From a virus, in IMG/VR virus record IMGVR_UViG_3300032164_000001: 64,000 nucleotides of DNA. One strand, given 5' to 3'. Both the position numbers and the translations under genes were made by a program. Under the pieces are notes generated by a model. The model was not told the DNA's origin. It was given only the letters and a program-made list of their open reading frames with translations, and made no database searches. Below are positions 9,391-19,653 of the stretch, in pieces (position 1 is the first letter of the stretch; every line of letters begins with the position of its first letter).

Positions 9391-11160
9391 TTGTCTCTAC
9401 GCAAACCGCTTTTCATGGATCCAACCGAGGGTTTCCACGAGGAACTCTCTCTTACCAGTGGTGACGTTCTCAACGTCTCCGGTATCACATTGCCCCCAGA
9501 GGGTAGTGGTGGTCTCGGCATCGACATGGGTGACAACAAAGTCACCAACATGGCGACCCCGACCGACGGGGCCGATGCAGCCACAAAGGAGTACGTGGAT
9601 GCGATCGCCAGGGGCCTCGATCCCCATGAGGCAGTCAGGGCCAAGACAGCCTGCAAGCTCGGCTCGCAAGCTCGTAGGGTTGGCAGTGGCGGTACAGGCT
9701 ACACTGGACTTGTCCAGAACGACACCATCACCCTCACCATCGATGGCGGCACTCCAGATGTCATCACCATCGGCGCCACTCCTCCGACCACCCTGGCTGG
9801 ACTGATCACCGAGATCAACACCCAGTACGGTTCGACCGTTGCCTACGCTGGTGCGACCAACCAGATCGATCTCCGCAGCGCGTCTTTCCTTGGTGTGAAT
9901 TCGATAGTCGCTGTTTCGGCTATCACGGGCAACTGGAACACCGAGGCCGGTATCACCGCTGGTAGCACTACCGGCGCGGTCTTCGTTGCCGCTGGAACAG
10001 GTGGCAGTCACACCCTGGAGTCGCCGGTTGTCGGCGCTTTCATGAACGGCTGCATCGACGGTATCACGCTGCTTGCCGATGAGCGTGTCCTTGTCACGTG
10101 GCAGGGTGGTGGTGATAGCACTGTTCATTTGGACAACGGTCTCTACATGGTCGCCACGCTCGGTGACGTCGCCGCGAAGCTCAAGCTCCAGCGTGTCGCA
10201 GACTGCGACACGGTTGCAGCCGGTGAGCTGTGGTCGGGTTGCTATGCCTGGGTCACCGATGGTCTCACGCTGAAGGACACGGGTTGGAGTGAGGTCACCG
10301 ACCTGACAGGGCTGACCATCGACGTTGACGCAACGAACAAGTGGGGGCAGGTCAGCGGTGCTGCGAGCTACACGTACGATCAAGGCTTGATCAAGAACAT
10401 CAGCTCCATCCAGGTGGACCTCGATAGCGGTGCAGATCTTCAGGGTGCTGGCGCTCCCACTCTCGCCAGGAAGTCCGGTTTGGAGTTCAGTGCTGACACT
10501 TCCGGTGGCAAGCTGCGAGTCGCTGTGGCCCCCAATGGCGGTCTCCAGCGTTACCAGACCACGCCTTTTGGTCTGGAGATCAAGCTCTACGCTCCGGGTG
10601 GAGTCAACACGTTGGCTCTCGATGGCAGTGGCGGCGGTCTCAGTGTCCTTGGTGTTCCTGACCTATTCACCATTGGCACCACCGCTACCAGTCAGACTCC
10701 CGGAACCGGCGTGGTGACCGCCGCCAACCTCAACACCCTGACAGCAGGTGCCACCAGCGATGCCGACGCCCTGCACACCCATCCCGCCATCACTCCTGAT
10801 TCAGCGGAGAGGGTGGAGATACCGATGGATGGTACAGGCGGATCCGTCGGTGTGGGTGACCCGGTCTACATCAGTGCCTCCGAGAAGATCAACGAGGCTG
10901 ACACCACGGACGCCAAGGCCAAGGTCATTGGCGTGGCTCGTGATGTGACCACAATCTCCGCGATCAAAGTTGTTGTGGCTGGTGTCGCCGTTGGTGTTCT
11001 CTCTGGCGCGGCCCCTGGCGCACCTTACTACCTGGCGACAGGTGGAGGGCTCACGACCGCTCTTCCAGGGGCTGGCAAGCGCGTGATTCAGTGTGGAATG
11101 GCCTGGAAGAACACGGACCTGTTCGTTCGTATCGTCGATTTCGGCAAGAAAGCTGCCTGA
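9391..11160 (+). CDS. Gly/Thr-rich virion (head/tail fibre-like) protein
   Basis: TTG after GGAGG; NMATPTDGADAATKEYVD fibre-type motif, ERVLV..DNGLY, C-terminal VGDPVYI..VIGVA domain. Confidence 0.7.
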   Translation: MSLRKPLFMDPTEGFHEELSLTSGDVLNVSGITLPPEGSGGLGIDMGDNKVTNMATPTDGADAATKEYVDAIARGLDPHEAVRAKTACKLGSQARRVGSGGTGYTGLVQNDTITLTIDGGTPDVITIGATPPTTLAGLITEINTQYGSTVAYAGATNQIDLRSASFLGVNSIVAVSAITGNWNTEAGITAGSTTGAVFVAAGTGGSHTLESPVVGAFMNGCIDGITLLADERVLVTWQGGGDSTVHLDNGLYMVATLGDVAAKLKLQRVADCDTVAAGELWSGCYAWVTDGLTLKDTGWSEVTDLTGLTIDVDATNKWGQVSGAASYTYDQGLIKNISSIQVDLDSGADLQGAGAPTLARKSGLEFSADTSGGKLRVAVAPNGGLQRYQTTPFGLEIKLYAPGGVNTLALDGSGGGLSVLGVPDLFTIGTTATSQTPGTGVVTAANLNTLTAGATSDADALHTHPAITPDSAERVEIPMDGTGGSVGVGDPVYISASEKINEADTTDAKAKVIGVARDVTTISAIKVVVAGVAVGVLSGAAPGAPYYLATGGGLTTALPGAGKRVIQCGMAWKNTDLFVRIVDFGKKAA

Positions 11161-11209
11161 TTTCGAGCACTTAGGCTTCTAGTTCTTGAAGTGGTGCTTG
11201 AGGTTCTGG

Positions 11210-11250
11210 AAGGGTGGGGCTGGATTTGTTCTGGCCCCACCCTCCCTTTC
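11210..11250 (+). terminator. Probable intrinsic terminator hairpin
   Basis: AGGGTGGGGC..GCCCCACCCT followed by CCCTTTC. Confidence 0.5.
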
Positions 11251-11259
11251 CTGGAGTAG

Positions 11260-11601
11260 ATGTTGGCGCTCGACCGAGTCAAACCTCTGAAGCTCGAGAG
11301 CATCGACACAGGTGGCGATGACGACGATCAGTTCCCTACATCTCTTGACCCCACTGAGGACTTAGTAGAGTGCGCTGGGATTGTTTTTGATGATGCCTCC
11401 CATGTCGATGAGAGCACAGTCATCACTCGCAGCAACAAGGACATGATCTTCAAGGATGGGTTCAACCCAAGCTATGTTACACTTACACAACTTCTCGAGG
11501 GCGTGGGGGCACGGGATAACCGCTATTTGGTTTTCAAAGTTGATGGCGGAACGGTGTACACTACAGCTGGAGATGTAGTTGAAAAGGCGACCGACCCATG
11601 A
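11260..11601 (+). CDS. Hypothetical virion-associated protein
   Basis: GGAG SD; ATGA overlap with next gene. Confidence 0.6.
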   Translation: MLALDRVKPLKLESIDTGGDDDDQFPTSLDPTEDLVECAGIVFDDASHVDESTVITRSNKDMIFKDGFNPSYVTLTQLLEGVGARDNRYLVFKVDGGTVYTTAGDVVEKATDP

Positions 11602-12119
11602 GCACTGGGCTGCACAAAGACCTAGAGATTCTGGAAATCCATCGAGTCCAATGCCTGGAGTATGCGAACTCCACACTGCGCGAGGGGGCGACAGGACTGG
11701 TGGCTGCGGACGTGGGTAGGGTGAGTCGGCAGACAGACGACGATACCTTCTGGCTGCTTACCGACCACAGCCCCGTGACGTGGGTTCAGCTAGGTGCTGC
11801 TTCGGGCATCTCCGAGGCCCAACACAAGGCTCTGCGGCACCTGATACATTTTATATCTTCCGGCCCCGCTGAAGGGTTTGCCAGTGGAGCATACCAAGAA
11901 ACAACGGGTACCGTCTTCCCAACCGCTGTGATTTGGTATGATAAAGCCGGAGTTGGAAAGAAGAAGATCGTTGAGAAGACCATTGCGTGGACCGGAGTGA
12001 ATCCAACTACCATCACCTGGAAGATATACGACGCGGCTGAGACGTTGCTCGCCACGGTCACAGATACGGTGAGCTACTCTGGCGTGTTCGAGACCAGCAG
12101 AACGAGGGCAATCTCATGA
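11598..12119 (+). CDS. Hypothetical virion-associated protein
   Basis: Translationally coupled (ATGA overlaps at both ends). Confidence 0.6.
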   Translation: MSTGLHKDLEILEIHRVQCLEYANSTLREGATGLVAADVGRVSRQTDDDTFWLLTDHSPVTWVQLGAASGISEAQHKALRHLIHFISSGPAEGFASGAYQETTGTVFPTAVIWYDKAGVGKKKIVEKTIAWTGVNPTTITWKIYDAAETLLATVTDTVSYSGVFETSRTRAIS

Positions 12120-14908
12120 GTGACTCCCCAGCTTCGATCCTTCACAACACGAGTGGAACAGAGATTGCCACTGCCAGCAATCCGGTGCGTGTGGACCCGA
12201 CAGGTACCACGGCGCAACCAGTCACCCAAAGCACCGCCAGCAACCTCAAGACCCAAGTGGATGGGCAAGGCACAGCTGGTTCACCAGCTGGTGGGGTGGT
12301 CTCCGTTCAAGGTGTGGCTAGTGGGACTGTGCTTCCGGTTTCAGACGGGGGTGGAACGCTCACCGTAGATGGTACAGTTACCGCCAATATCGGCACCGGC
12401 GGGAATCTGGCTCTCGACGCCACCCTCACGGGCGGAACGCAGAAGGCCATTGTCCGAGGTGGGGCCAAGGGTGCCATCTCAGCAGCTGATGTCACTTCCA
12501 CAGCAGAGGGGACTGACCATCAAGCCCTCGACGTTCAGGTCATGCACGGAGGCGCGGCTGTCAACCCTACAGCCATTAGGGCATTGACCAGCTCCGATGT
12601 GGTGACAGCCACCCAAGGTACAGCAGCTGCCACTGCAGGAGCCTGGCCTGCCAAAGTGACTGACGGAACCAACGTCTCGGCAGTCAAAGCCGCAAGCACT
12701 CCTGCTGCAGCAACAGACCCTGCCCTTGTAGTGGCGATCAGTCCCAACAACACACCGATTCTGCCGAACGGGGCAGCGACCTCAACGCTGCAGACCACTG
12801 GCAACACATCTCTAGGAAACCTGGACACCAAGACTCCTGCGCTTGGTCAAGCCGCCATGGCTGCCAGTCAGCCTGTGGTGATTGCCAGCAACCAGACTGC
12901 TGTTCCTGTAACTGGATCTTTCTCCTCGAGTGTGGTTCCCAATGGCACCCCTGTCACGGGAACAATTACTGCTCTCAACGGAACCGTACAGGCTGCGGCT
13001 GAAGGGTGGGAGAGCATCAATGTTGTTATCACAGGGACATGGAATGCGCAGCTAGTATTTGAGGTATCTAGTGATAGTGGTAGTACGTGGCTCCAAGCTG
13101 CTTTCATTGGCACTGCTGCGCCCAACCCAAATCCTGTTCTGTTGTATGCGCTAACCGCCAATGGTACCTATCAGGGAGTAGGAAACTCTGCTTGCACCCA
13201 TGTGAGAGTACGCGCCGCTGCATTTACTTCTGGCACGGTGTCAGTGCGAATTGTTCTTGCATCCAATAGACAAGCCGTACCTCTTACGCGCTCTTTAATG
13301 CAACAAAACGTGGTGGCGTCATCGAACAACAACTCTACTGCGAATCTGGCGGCTGGTGCATCCTTCACCGGCACTGCTGAGAACACATTGGGAGTGGTAG
13401 GAATCCTGGTCAACCTCAAGGCCGATCAGTCGATTTTGGTGAAACTGCAGCAGAGTCCGGATAGCACCAACTGGGATCACGAAACTGAGTTCACGGTGAT
13501 GGCTGGTGTGGGTGACAACCGCACGTACCAGGCGACGGCTTCATACTTCCGCATAATTCTTACCAACGTCGGCAATGCCACGACTACCTATCTGCGACTT
13601 CAGGTGACACTGTGCCCTGTGGCTGAGGCTCTGCCTCCAAGTCTTACGCCCAACCGCAAGCTCAGTTTGGCTGCCATGACCACTAGTTGGGCGCCAGACC
13701 CCAGCAGCCATCAGGACAATCCACAAAATCGTGCGCTACGGATGGACGTGGATAGGAACCTCAACACTCGTTCCCGTGTGCTAACGGATGAAGCCAGTTT
13801 CCGGGATGATTTCACTGGAACTGCCATATACAGCGATAAGACTGGAACATACTACTTCACCAACGGCAGTAAAGTTGTCACTGGTGTTGGCACGGCATTT
13901 TTGACCGAGCTGAATAAACAACATCACATCAAGCAGTCCACACACGCCGACTCGGCCTATGCTCTTGTGGATGACGTCAAGAATGACACCTACCTGGAGC
14001 TGATTGAGCCCTATACGGGCGCTACAGCTTCAGGTACAGGCAGAGCTTCGTTCTGGAAGTACACCATTGGCTCGGGTGCCTCGATTACTCAGACCGGCTC
14101 TGAAATCCTGCTCGCCTCGGGTACTACCAGTGGCTCTCGGGTCCACGCCCACAGAGGTGGAGATTACCTCCCCTACGTGATCGGGTTCAAGGCTAGAGTC
14201 ACTCAGCGCATTGCTAATCAGATCATTACTATGGGACTGGGAGACAGTGAGTACGACACCGCTGAGAACCAAGCGATGCTGGTCTTTGATGGAACCACGA
14301 ATACTACAGTCAAGCTCAGAACCAGTTCGTCAGCAGCAGATGTGGAGATCACTACTGCCACACTACCTGATGGACTGGTGTCGAGCACCTCTGCGTACTA
14401 CCAGTTGGAGGTGACAGGTTCCAAGGTCACGCTGTTTTGCAACGATGTGAAGCTGATTGAACACAAGCTGCACATCCCTGGTCCCTACGCCCCGATGGAC
14501 TGTCACGCGGACATGCACAACACAGGGGTAGCTGGTAGCACAACAACCCTGGCTCTTGATACCTACTTCTTTAACAACTTTGATAGGGTTGAAATTGCCG
14601 GTTCGAGCAAAGGCGATCCGTTCTCGACCAAGGAGATGCGGGCGTCCGTATCTACCGTGACTTCTGTAGCTGCTGCGGTTGCAGACACTTTATTGCTAGC
14701 AGCCAACCCCAACCGTCTTGGGGCAACTGTGGTAAACGACGGCACCTCGATTTTGTACTTGAAGTTCGGGAGTGGTGCGAGCGCCACATCGTACACTGTA
14801 CGTATGACCTCTTATGCCTACTATGAAGTGCCATTCGGTTACACGGGTCGAATCAACGGATATTGGGCTGCTGCAAACGGAAATGCCAGAGTGACCGAGG
14901 TCCAATAG
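12116..14908 (+). CDS. Large T/A/G/S-rich tail fibre/appendage protein (930 aa)
   Basis: Low-complexity fibre-like N-half (DPALVVAISPNN, GQAAMAASQPVVIASNQ), beta-sandwich-like C-half. Confidence 0.7.
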   Translation: MSDSPASILHNTSGTEIATASNPVRVDPTGTTAQPVTQSTASNLKTQVDGQGTAGSPAGGVVSVQGVASGTVLPVSDGGGTLTVDGTVTANIGTGGNLALDATLTGGTQKAIVRGGAKGAISAADVTSTAEGTDHQALDVQVMHGGAAVNPTAIRALTSSDVVTATQGTAAATAGAWPAKVTDGTNVSAVKAASTPAAATDPALVVAISPNNTPILPNGAATSTLQTTGNTSLGNLDTKTPALGQAAMAASQPVVIASNQTAVPVTGSFSSSVVPNGTPVTGTITALNGTVQAAAEGWESINVVITGTWNAQLVFEVSSDSGSTWLQAAFIGTAAPNPNPVLLYALTANGTYQGVGNSACTHVRVRAAAFTSGTVSVRIVLASNRQAVPLTRSLMQQNVVASSNNNSTANLAAGASFTGTAENTLGVVGILVNLKADQSILVKLQQSPDSTNWDHETEFTVMAGVGDNRTYQATASYFRIILTNVGNATTTYLRLQVTLCPVAEALPPSLTPNRKLSLAAMTTSWAPDPSSHQDNPQNRALRMDVDRNLNTRSRVLTDEASFRDDFTGTAIYSDKTGTYYFTNGSKVVTGVGTAFLTELNKQHHIKQSTHADSAYALVDDVKNDTYLELIEPYTGATASGTGRASFWKYTIGSGASITQTGSEILLASGTTSGSRVHAHRGGDYLPYVIGFKARVTQRIANQIITMGLGDSEYDTAENQAMLVFDGTTNTTVKLRTSSSAADVEITTATLPDGLVSSTSAYYQLEVTGSKVTLFCNDVKLIEHKLHIPGPYAPMDCHADMHNTGVAGSTTTLALDTYFFNNFDRVEIAGSSKGDPFSTKEMRASVSTVTSVAAAVADTLLLAANPNRLGATVVNDGTSILYLKFGSGASATSYTVRMTSYAYYEVPFGYTGRINGYWAAANGNARVTEVQ

Positions 14909-14911
14909 CAC

Positions 14912-15346
14912 ATGGGTCTCTATCCGCCAGTTCCAGAAGTGGGAGGAATAGTGCAGACAGCATCTGCACTACTGGCGGTGAATACCACTACCACTTCGAT
15001 CACCTATGTCGACTTGCTGACGGTTACTCTCACAACCGTGGGGGCATCTCGGTTGGAGATCTACGCTAGCCTGTCGACTTCCAATGCTGTGAGCCGTGCG
15101 GGCACGAATCAGGACTATTTTAGATTGACGGTGGACTCAACCGTGCTGATAGAGGGTGGCAGTGAGCAGTGGACAGTCACAGAAGCCAGTGCATTGTTCT
15201 GTGTAACTGACGTGCTATCGGCAGGATCGCACACTGTGCATTTGCAGTGGTGCACCGACACAGGAGGAACACTTCGTTGTAGTGCTGGTACCATAGTTGC
15301 CCAACCTGAACACGCCTCACTCGTAGTGGTAGAGACGACAGGGTAA
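14912..15346 (+). CDS. Small virion protein, paralogue 1 of 3
   Basis: TTTTS.TY.DLL..FRLTVD..GSHTV.LQW..GTLRC motif shared with next two genes. Confidence 0.7.
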   Translation: MGLYPPVPEVGGIVQTASALLAVNTTTTSITYVDLLTVTLTTVGASRLEIYASLSTSNAVSRAGTNQDYFRLTVDSTVLIEGGSEQWTVTEASALFCVTDVLSAGSHTVHLQWCTDTGGTLRCSAGTIVAQPEHASLVVVETTG

Positions 15347-15350
15347 TCCT

Positions 15351-15773
15351 GTGCCCCTATTTCCACCCTTACCCACCATAGCAACTCAGACCATTTATAC
15401 ACCCTTGACCGTGGACACTACTACCACGTCTACGAGCTATGTCAACCTGTTAACACAAAACATTGTCATTCAGGAAGGTAGCTACCTTCTCATTCGGTCC
15501 TCTTTCTCGAGTTCGGATAGCAGCTCGGCTGCTGGCCAGAACTACTTTCGTGTGACCGTTGATGACACCGATTATGGCTATGCCGGAGCTGAAATCTTCA
15601 CCTGCATTCAATCAGGATCGATTGTTTTAAAAGTTGGCCCGCTGACCGCAGGTAACCACATAGTCAACCTAGATTGGCAAACAGCAGCAGGAAATACACT
15701 TCGGTGTCGCCCAGTCACACAGGCTGAGCAGGCAAGTATTGTCACCACCGAGGTTACGGACAGGGAAACCTGA
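15351..15773 (+). CDS. Small virion protein, paralogue 2 of 3
   Basis: TTTTSTSYVNLL..YFRVTVD..GNHIVNLDW..NTLRCRP. Confidence 0.7.
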   Translation: MPLFPPLPTIATQTIYTPLTVDTTTTSTSYVNLLTQNIVIQEGSYLLIRSSFSSSDSSSAAGQNYFRVTVDDTDYGYAGAEIFTCIQSGSIVLKVGPLTAGNHIVNLDWQTAAGNTLRCRPVTQAEQASIVTTEVTDRET

Positions 15774-16198
15774 TGCCATTATTGCTCCCCAAGGTTGGCG
15801 ACCCAAACGTGGTGCAGTCGGTCACTACTAGACTGACTTCTGATTCGACTACCACTTCCACAACATATGCCGTTCTGCTCTCACTACCGATTACCACCGT
15901 GGGCAGCACAAACCTGTTGATCTGGTTAAGCTACTGCATGAGCTTCACGCCCAGTGTCTCAAACGACTTTCGGATGCAATTGAGAATAGACACAGCGGCG
16001 ATTCTCTATGCAGGTGAAGAAGAATTTACCACCGCGCAATCAGGAGCAATAGTGCACCGAGCGACCGGCTTGTCTGCCGCAGCGCACACTGTAGATCTGC
16101 GGTGGAGAATTGGCGCGGCTGGTGAAGGAACCCTACGTTGCAGGCCTTCAGTGTCTCCTGAAGGTCTGTCTATCTTTGCAATGGAAGTGTTGGTCTAG
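15773..16198 (+). CDS. Small virion protein, paralogue 3 of 3
   Basis: TTTSTTYAVLL..AAHTVDLRW..GTLRCRP. Confidence 0.7.
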   Translation: MPLLLPKVGDPNVVQSVTTRLTSDSTTTSTTYAVLLSLPITTVGSTNLLIWLSYCMSFTPSVSNDFRMQLRIDTAAILYAGEEEFTTAQSGAIVHRATGLSAAAHTVDLRWRIGAAGEGTLRCRPSVSPEGLSIFAMEVLV

Positions 16199-16210
16199 GA
16201 GAACAGTCAC

Positions 16211-17128
16211 ATGTCCACATACACCTATTCGATTCAGAGCGACTTCCCGAATCATGCTGTTTCCTCCGACCGTCTGACTTCGGAGATCTCGGACAGTGCC
16301 ATTGTGACCGCTCTGGATCACATCGATACCTCGGGCGACAGTTGTCACGTCGTATTCAAGGCGGAGCTGTCCAGTGGAGATGAGCAAACCCTGGACGGAT
16401 TGGTGGCGGCTCACTCGGGTGAGGCTCTGCCATCCAGTGGCATGCTTGTCTCGCTCGCTGGCCCCAAACAAGTAGACGGTTCGCCCTACTTCAGCCCATG
16501 TATGTTCCCATCTGGCGTCTATCTCTACATCACAGGAGCCGGTGACGGAACGGAGCGAGGCAATGGACAAGCGTTCCAACTCTCCTCAGAGACAGAAGAG
16601 AACAAGGTAGTGGAGTTCGGCTTTCTGGACTGGGTGCTGGTTGCCGGTGGTGGAGTGCTGGTCAAGGGTGCACAACTTGGAGATCACGCCACCATGGAGG
16701 TCTACTGCCCTGCAACACCAGTAGTGCCCAATGGCGGCAACACCGGCAACTGCAACGTGGTGGATGGGATCATTGTCCCTGCGGCCGGAAACGGCAGCTA
16801 CGATGTCAACCTAGCGCAGGCCAATCCTGTTCTGACTCCTCTCAAGAATGGTTATTGGGAGTGGGATTTCCCACTCACGGGCAAGGGCACGGTCACCCTG
16901 GGTGCACCAGGTCAAGCCGGGGCACATCTCATTGCTGCCGACTACCCCCTGACCAAGTTCATCAACAAGACTCCACTCCGCGACGGTCACATGGACTTCA
17001 CCATCTCGGCCATCGAGCCCAAGATCTTGTTGCCGCATTGGAAGGGCAAGGTAACTGTGCACAACGCGGGGCACACGGGTCTGGAGGTAGCTTGGTACCT
17101 CACCACTGCCAGGGTGCAAACAATATGA
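16211..17128 (+). CDS. Putative virion structural protein
   Basis: 305 aa, AGGAG SD, in structural block. Confidence 0.6.
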   Translation: MSTYTYSIQSDFPNHAVSSDRLTSEISDSAIVTALDHIDTSGDSCHVVFKAELSSGDEQTLDGLVAAHSGEALPSSGMLVSLAGPKQVDGSPYFSPCMFPSGVYLYITGAGDGTERGNGQAFQLSSETEENKVVEFGFLDWVLVAGGGVLVKGAQLGDHATMEVYCPATPVVPNGGNTGNCNVVDGIIVPAAGNGSYDVNLAQANPVLTPLKNGYWEWDFPLTGKGTVTLGAPGQAGAHLIAADYPLTKFINKTPLRDGHMDFTISAIEPKILLPHWKGKVTVHNAGHTGLEVAWYLTTARVQTI

Positions 17129-17469
17129 GTGCCATAACATTCATCACCTTAACCCCAACTTTCGACTTGTGGTCAATCATCCACTTCGGTTTCTGGGCTT
17201 TCGTAGGTAGCTCGATTGGGGCCATGTGGGAACCTCCTCTGTGGGTGCATTTGGTCTACACCTTGGTAGGCAGTTACGTCTGGGAAGGAATAGAGTTTCC
17301 ACTCCAGCGCAAGTTCCCTCACAAATGGGGATATAGATTGGAATCACCCCTCAATTCCTTCGTTGGAGATCCGATTAGCAACTTACTAGGAGCTGCTTTC
17401 GGTTGGTTCGTGGTAGCTTACTACCGCAAGCATTGGTGGATCTGGAGAAAACAACTTGGACCCAAGTGA
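17125..17469 (+). CDS. Small membrane protein
   Basis: Hydrophobic helices; D.WS..H..WE..E..ES..NS..D pattern. Confidence 0.6.
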   Translation: MSAITFITLTPTFDLWSIIHFGFWAFVGSSIGAMWEPPLWVHLVYTLVGSYVWEGIEFPLQRKFPHKWGYRLESPLNSFVGDPISNLLGAAFGWFVVAYYRKHWWIWRKQLGPK

Positions 17470-18103
17470 AACGGAAACGCCTAGTCAGAGAATTACGCTG
17501 GATATGCCCATGGTGCGGGCACATCTGGATGTCAAAGCCAGCAGTACGAAGCTGCTGCGTTTGCGGAGCTTTGATAGACGAGAGGGGCTGGGCGTTACGA
17601 TTGGATTCTCCACCACCAACAAGTTCATCAGTCGATTCATCAGGTGGATCACCAGAGCAAAAGTCAGTCATGCGTGGATTGGTTTCAACGACTCCACGTT
17701 AGGGCAACGCATGGTCATGCAAGCAGAACGTTGGGGCTACGAGGTCAGACCTTGGACCAAGTGGCTGACTCAAAACAAGTGGATAGCCGAATTCGAGATA
17801 CCACAAGAACATGCTGTTATCTCTTTGCAGTTCATGGTCAGTTTCTTGGGAAGTGACTACGATTTCACGTCTGCCCTACTGTTGGGTCTGAAGCGCTGGT
17901 TTGGCCGATGGTTTAAACGCCCAACTCAGAGTCCAACCAAACTCATGTGCTCAGAAGGTGTAGTGAGGTTTTTGCAATTTGGTCAATACGAGTTCGCGAC
18001 CGGGTTGGACCCTGAAGCGACCTCACCCGGAGAACTTCTGGACCTAGTAGCCAACAAAGGTTTGCCAAGGCTGGCAGAACCGAACAGAACTTCGAAACCC
18101 TAA
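17456..18103 (+). CDS. Permuted papain-like NlpC/P60 (YaeF/YiiX-type) amidase
   Basis: His before Cys: SRFIRWITRAKVSHAWIG..YDF..KLMCSE. Confidence 0.75.
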   Translation: MDPSETETPSQRITLDMPMVRAHLDVKASSTKLLRLRSFDRREGLGVTIGFSTTNKFISRFIRWITRAKVSHAWIGFNDSTLGQRMVMQAERWGYEVRPWTKWLTQNKWIAEFEIPQEHAVISLQFMVSFLGSDYDFTSALLLGLKRWFGRWFKRPTQSPTKLMCSEGVVRFLQFGQYEFATGLDPEATSPGELLDLVANKGLPRLAEPNRTSKP

Positions 18104-18115
18104 GGAGACCTCATC

Positions 18116-19648
18116 ATGGCAATCGACCAAGAGTGGACAAGTGTTTACCCAACCGGGTTGGATTCCAACAGCTCCATGCCGGACCTGGGAGACCACACCC
18201 ACAACACCAGGTGGAGCCAGTGGCAAGCTCTGAGAAATGCTGTTAAAGAGCTGGAAGCCCAGGTGGGCTCAGACTCGCTAGAATCTTCTTCCTTGCGTGC
18301 CAACCGAGCTACTACCACGACCGGGGTGTTCCACGTCTACGCCAACGGCTCAACTGGTAACGACTCGAACTCGGGGTTGGACGTGGACCACCCCAAGTTA
18401 ACATTACAAGCGGTCTTCAACCTGATTCCAGACATAGTCAAGCACAACACTTGTGTACACTTGGCCGGTACTTTCAACGAGTTTGGCATCGTTAACTTTG
18501 CAAAAACTCGGGAAGGCTATGCAGGTGCCTCGACTCCCATAATTCTAATAGACGGTGGAGACACCACCACTGTTGTGGATGACAATGGAGGAAACCACTA
18601 TACAACTATCGCTGGCACTTCTACATCGCAACTGGTTGTATCTGGTACTCCCTGGACAACAGACCAACGTTACGGTTACTGGATCAAAATCCTGACCGGT
18701 CCTGCTGCGGGTGAAATTCGCTCGATCTTCAAGAACGTCACTGACACAATATACCCAGCTAGATACTTCACTAGCGCTCCGGGAACTGGGGCGACTTTTG
18801 ACATCGTTAGACCCACAACTACTCTCAGTGCTTCATCTACCACTTCATACATTTTGTTGTGTAACACAACAAGACCAGCTGTTAGAATACAGAGATTATA
18901 CTGCAGTGGAAGCAAAGTTTCTTTCTATTCGCTAGGTAACCTAGACCTTTGTTTGTCCAGCTTGGTATTGAATACAACAGCTTCTTCTGCGTGGAGTGCC
19001 ACGAGCGATGTGAGTATTGCTGTCCAGGTAAATGTATACAACAACTCTTCATTTGTCTTAGACACATCGAACAAGACTGGAGTTAGTGTTCCAGGTTCAT
19101 CAACTCTGGACTTTAGTGGATGTGGGCGTGTCAATTTACCTATGCTCCTAAGTCGAAACGTTGAACTGGCTGGGTGTGGCTTCTCCAATCTATGGCAAGG
19201 TAGTCGGATACGAGGGAAACTGACATTGACTGATTGTGCCAATGGTTGCGGAGAAGGTACTCCACAGTTTCAAAACACTACTAGTCCTGGCTGCCAAGTC
19301 ACAACGGTGGGAGACTCCAGTGGTGTCGGTGTACTTTTGAAGAACACAAGAGTAACAATTCATAACATCAACATTAGCAACAACACCTCGCATGGCATTG
19401 AAGCAGTTAAGAGTCATGTAGAATTCACAGGTGCTTGTACTGGGTCTGGCAACGGGGGCGCTGGTGTCTACGCCCACAGTGGCTCCGTAGTCCACATCAA
19501 ACACGGTGCAGCCCCAACCTTGACCGGTACCGTGGGTGATCTTGCAGTGTCCAGTCCAACAGCACAAGAAAGTACTTGGGCGGCCATCGACGCTGGTACC
19601 CCAGTTGCAATTGCGGCTGAGATGACCATGGCTAAGGAAGTGGTGTAA
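18116..19648 (+). CDS. Tail spike/receptor-binding-like protein, paralogue 1 of 3
   Basis: VYANGSTGNDSNSGL..PKLTL..PDIVKHN motif; beta-helix-like C-terminus (ISNNTSHGIEA, GNGGAGVYA). Confidence 0.7.
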   Translation: MAIDQEWTSVYPTGLDSNSSMPDLGDHTHNTRWSQWQALRNAVKELEAQVGSDSLESSSLRANRATTTTGVFHVYANGSTGNDSNSGLDVDHPKLTLQAVFNLIPDIVKHNTCVHLAGTFNEFGIVNFAKTREGYAGASTPIILIDGGDTTTVVDDNGGNHYTTIAGTSTSQLVVSGTPWTTDQRYGYWIKILTGPAAGEIRSIFKNVTDTIYPARYFTSAPGTGATFDIVRPTTTLSASSTTSYILLCNTTRPAVRIQRLYCSGSKVSFYSLGNLDLCLSSLVLNTTASSAWSATSDVSIAVQVNVYNNSSFVLDTSNKTGVSVPGSSTLDFSGCGRVNLPMLLSRNVELAGCGFSNLWQGSRIRGKLTLTDCANGCGEGTPQFQNTTSPGCQVTTVGDSSGVGVLLKNTRVTIHNINISNNTSHGIEAVKSHVEFTGACTGSGNGGAGVYAHSGSVVHIKHGAAPTLTGTVGDLAVSSPTAQESTWAAIDAGTPVAIAAEMTMAKEVV

Positions 19649-19653
19649 CTATC

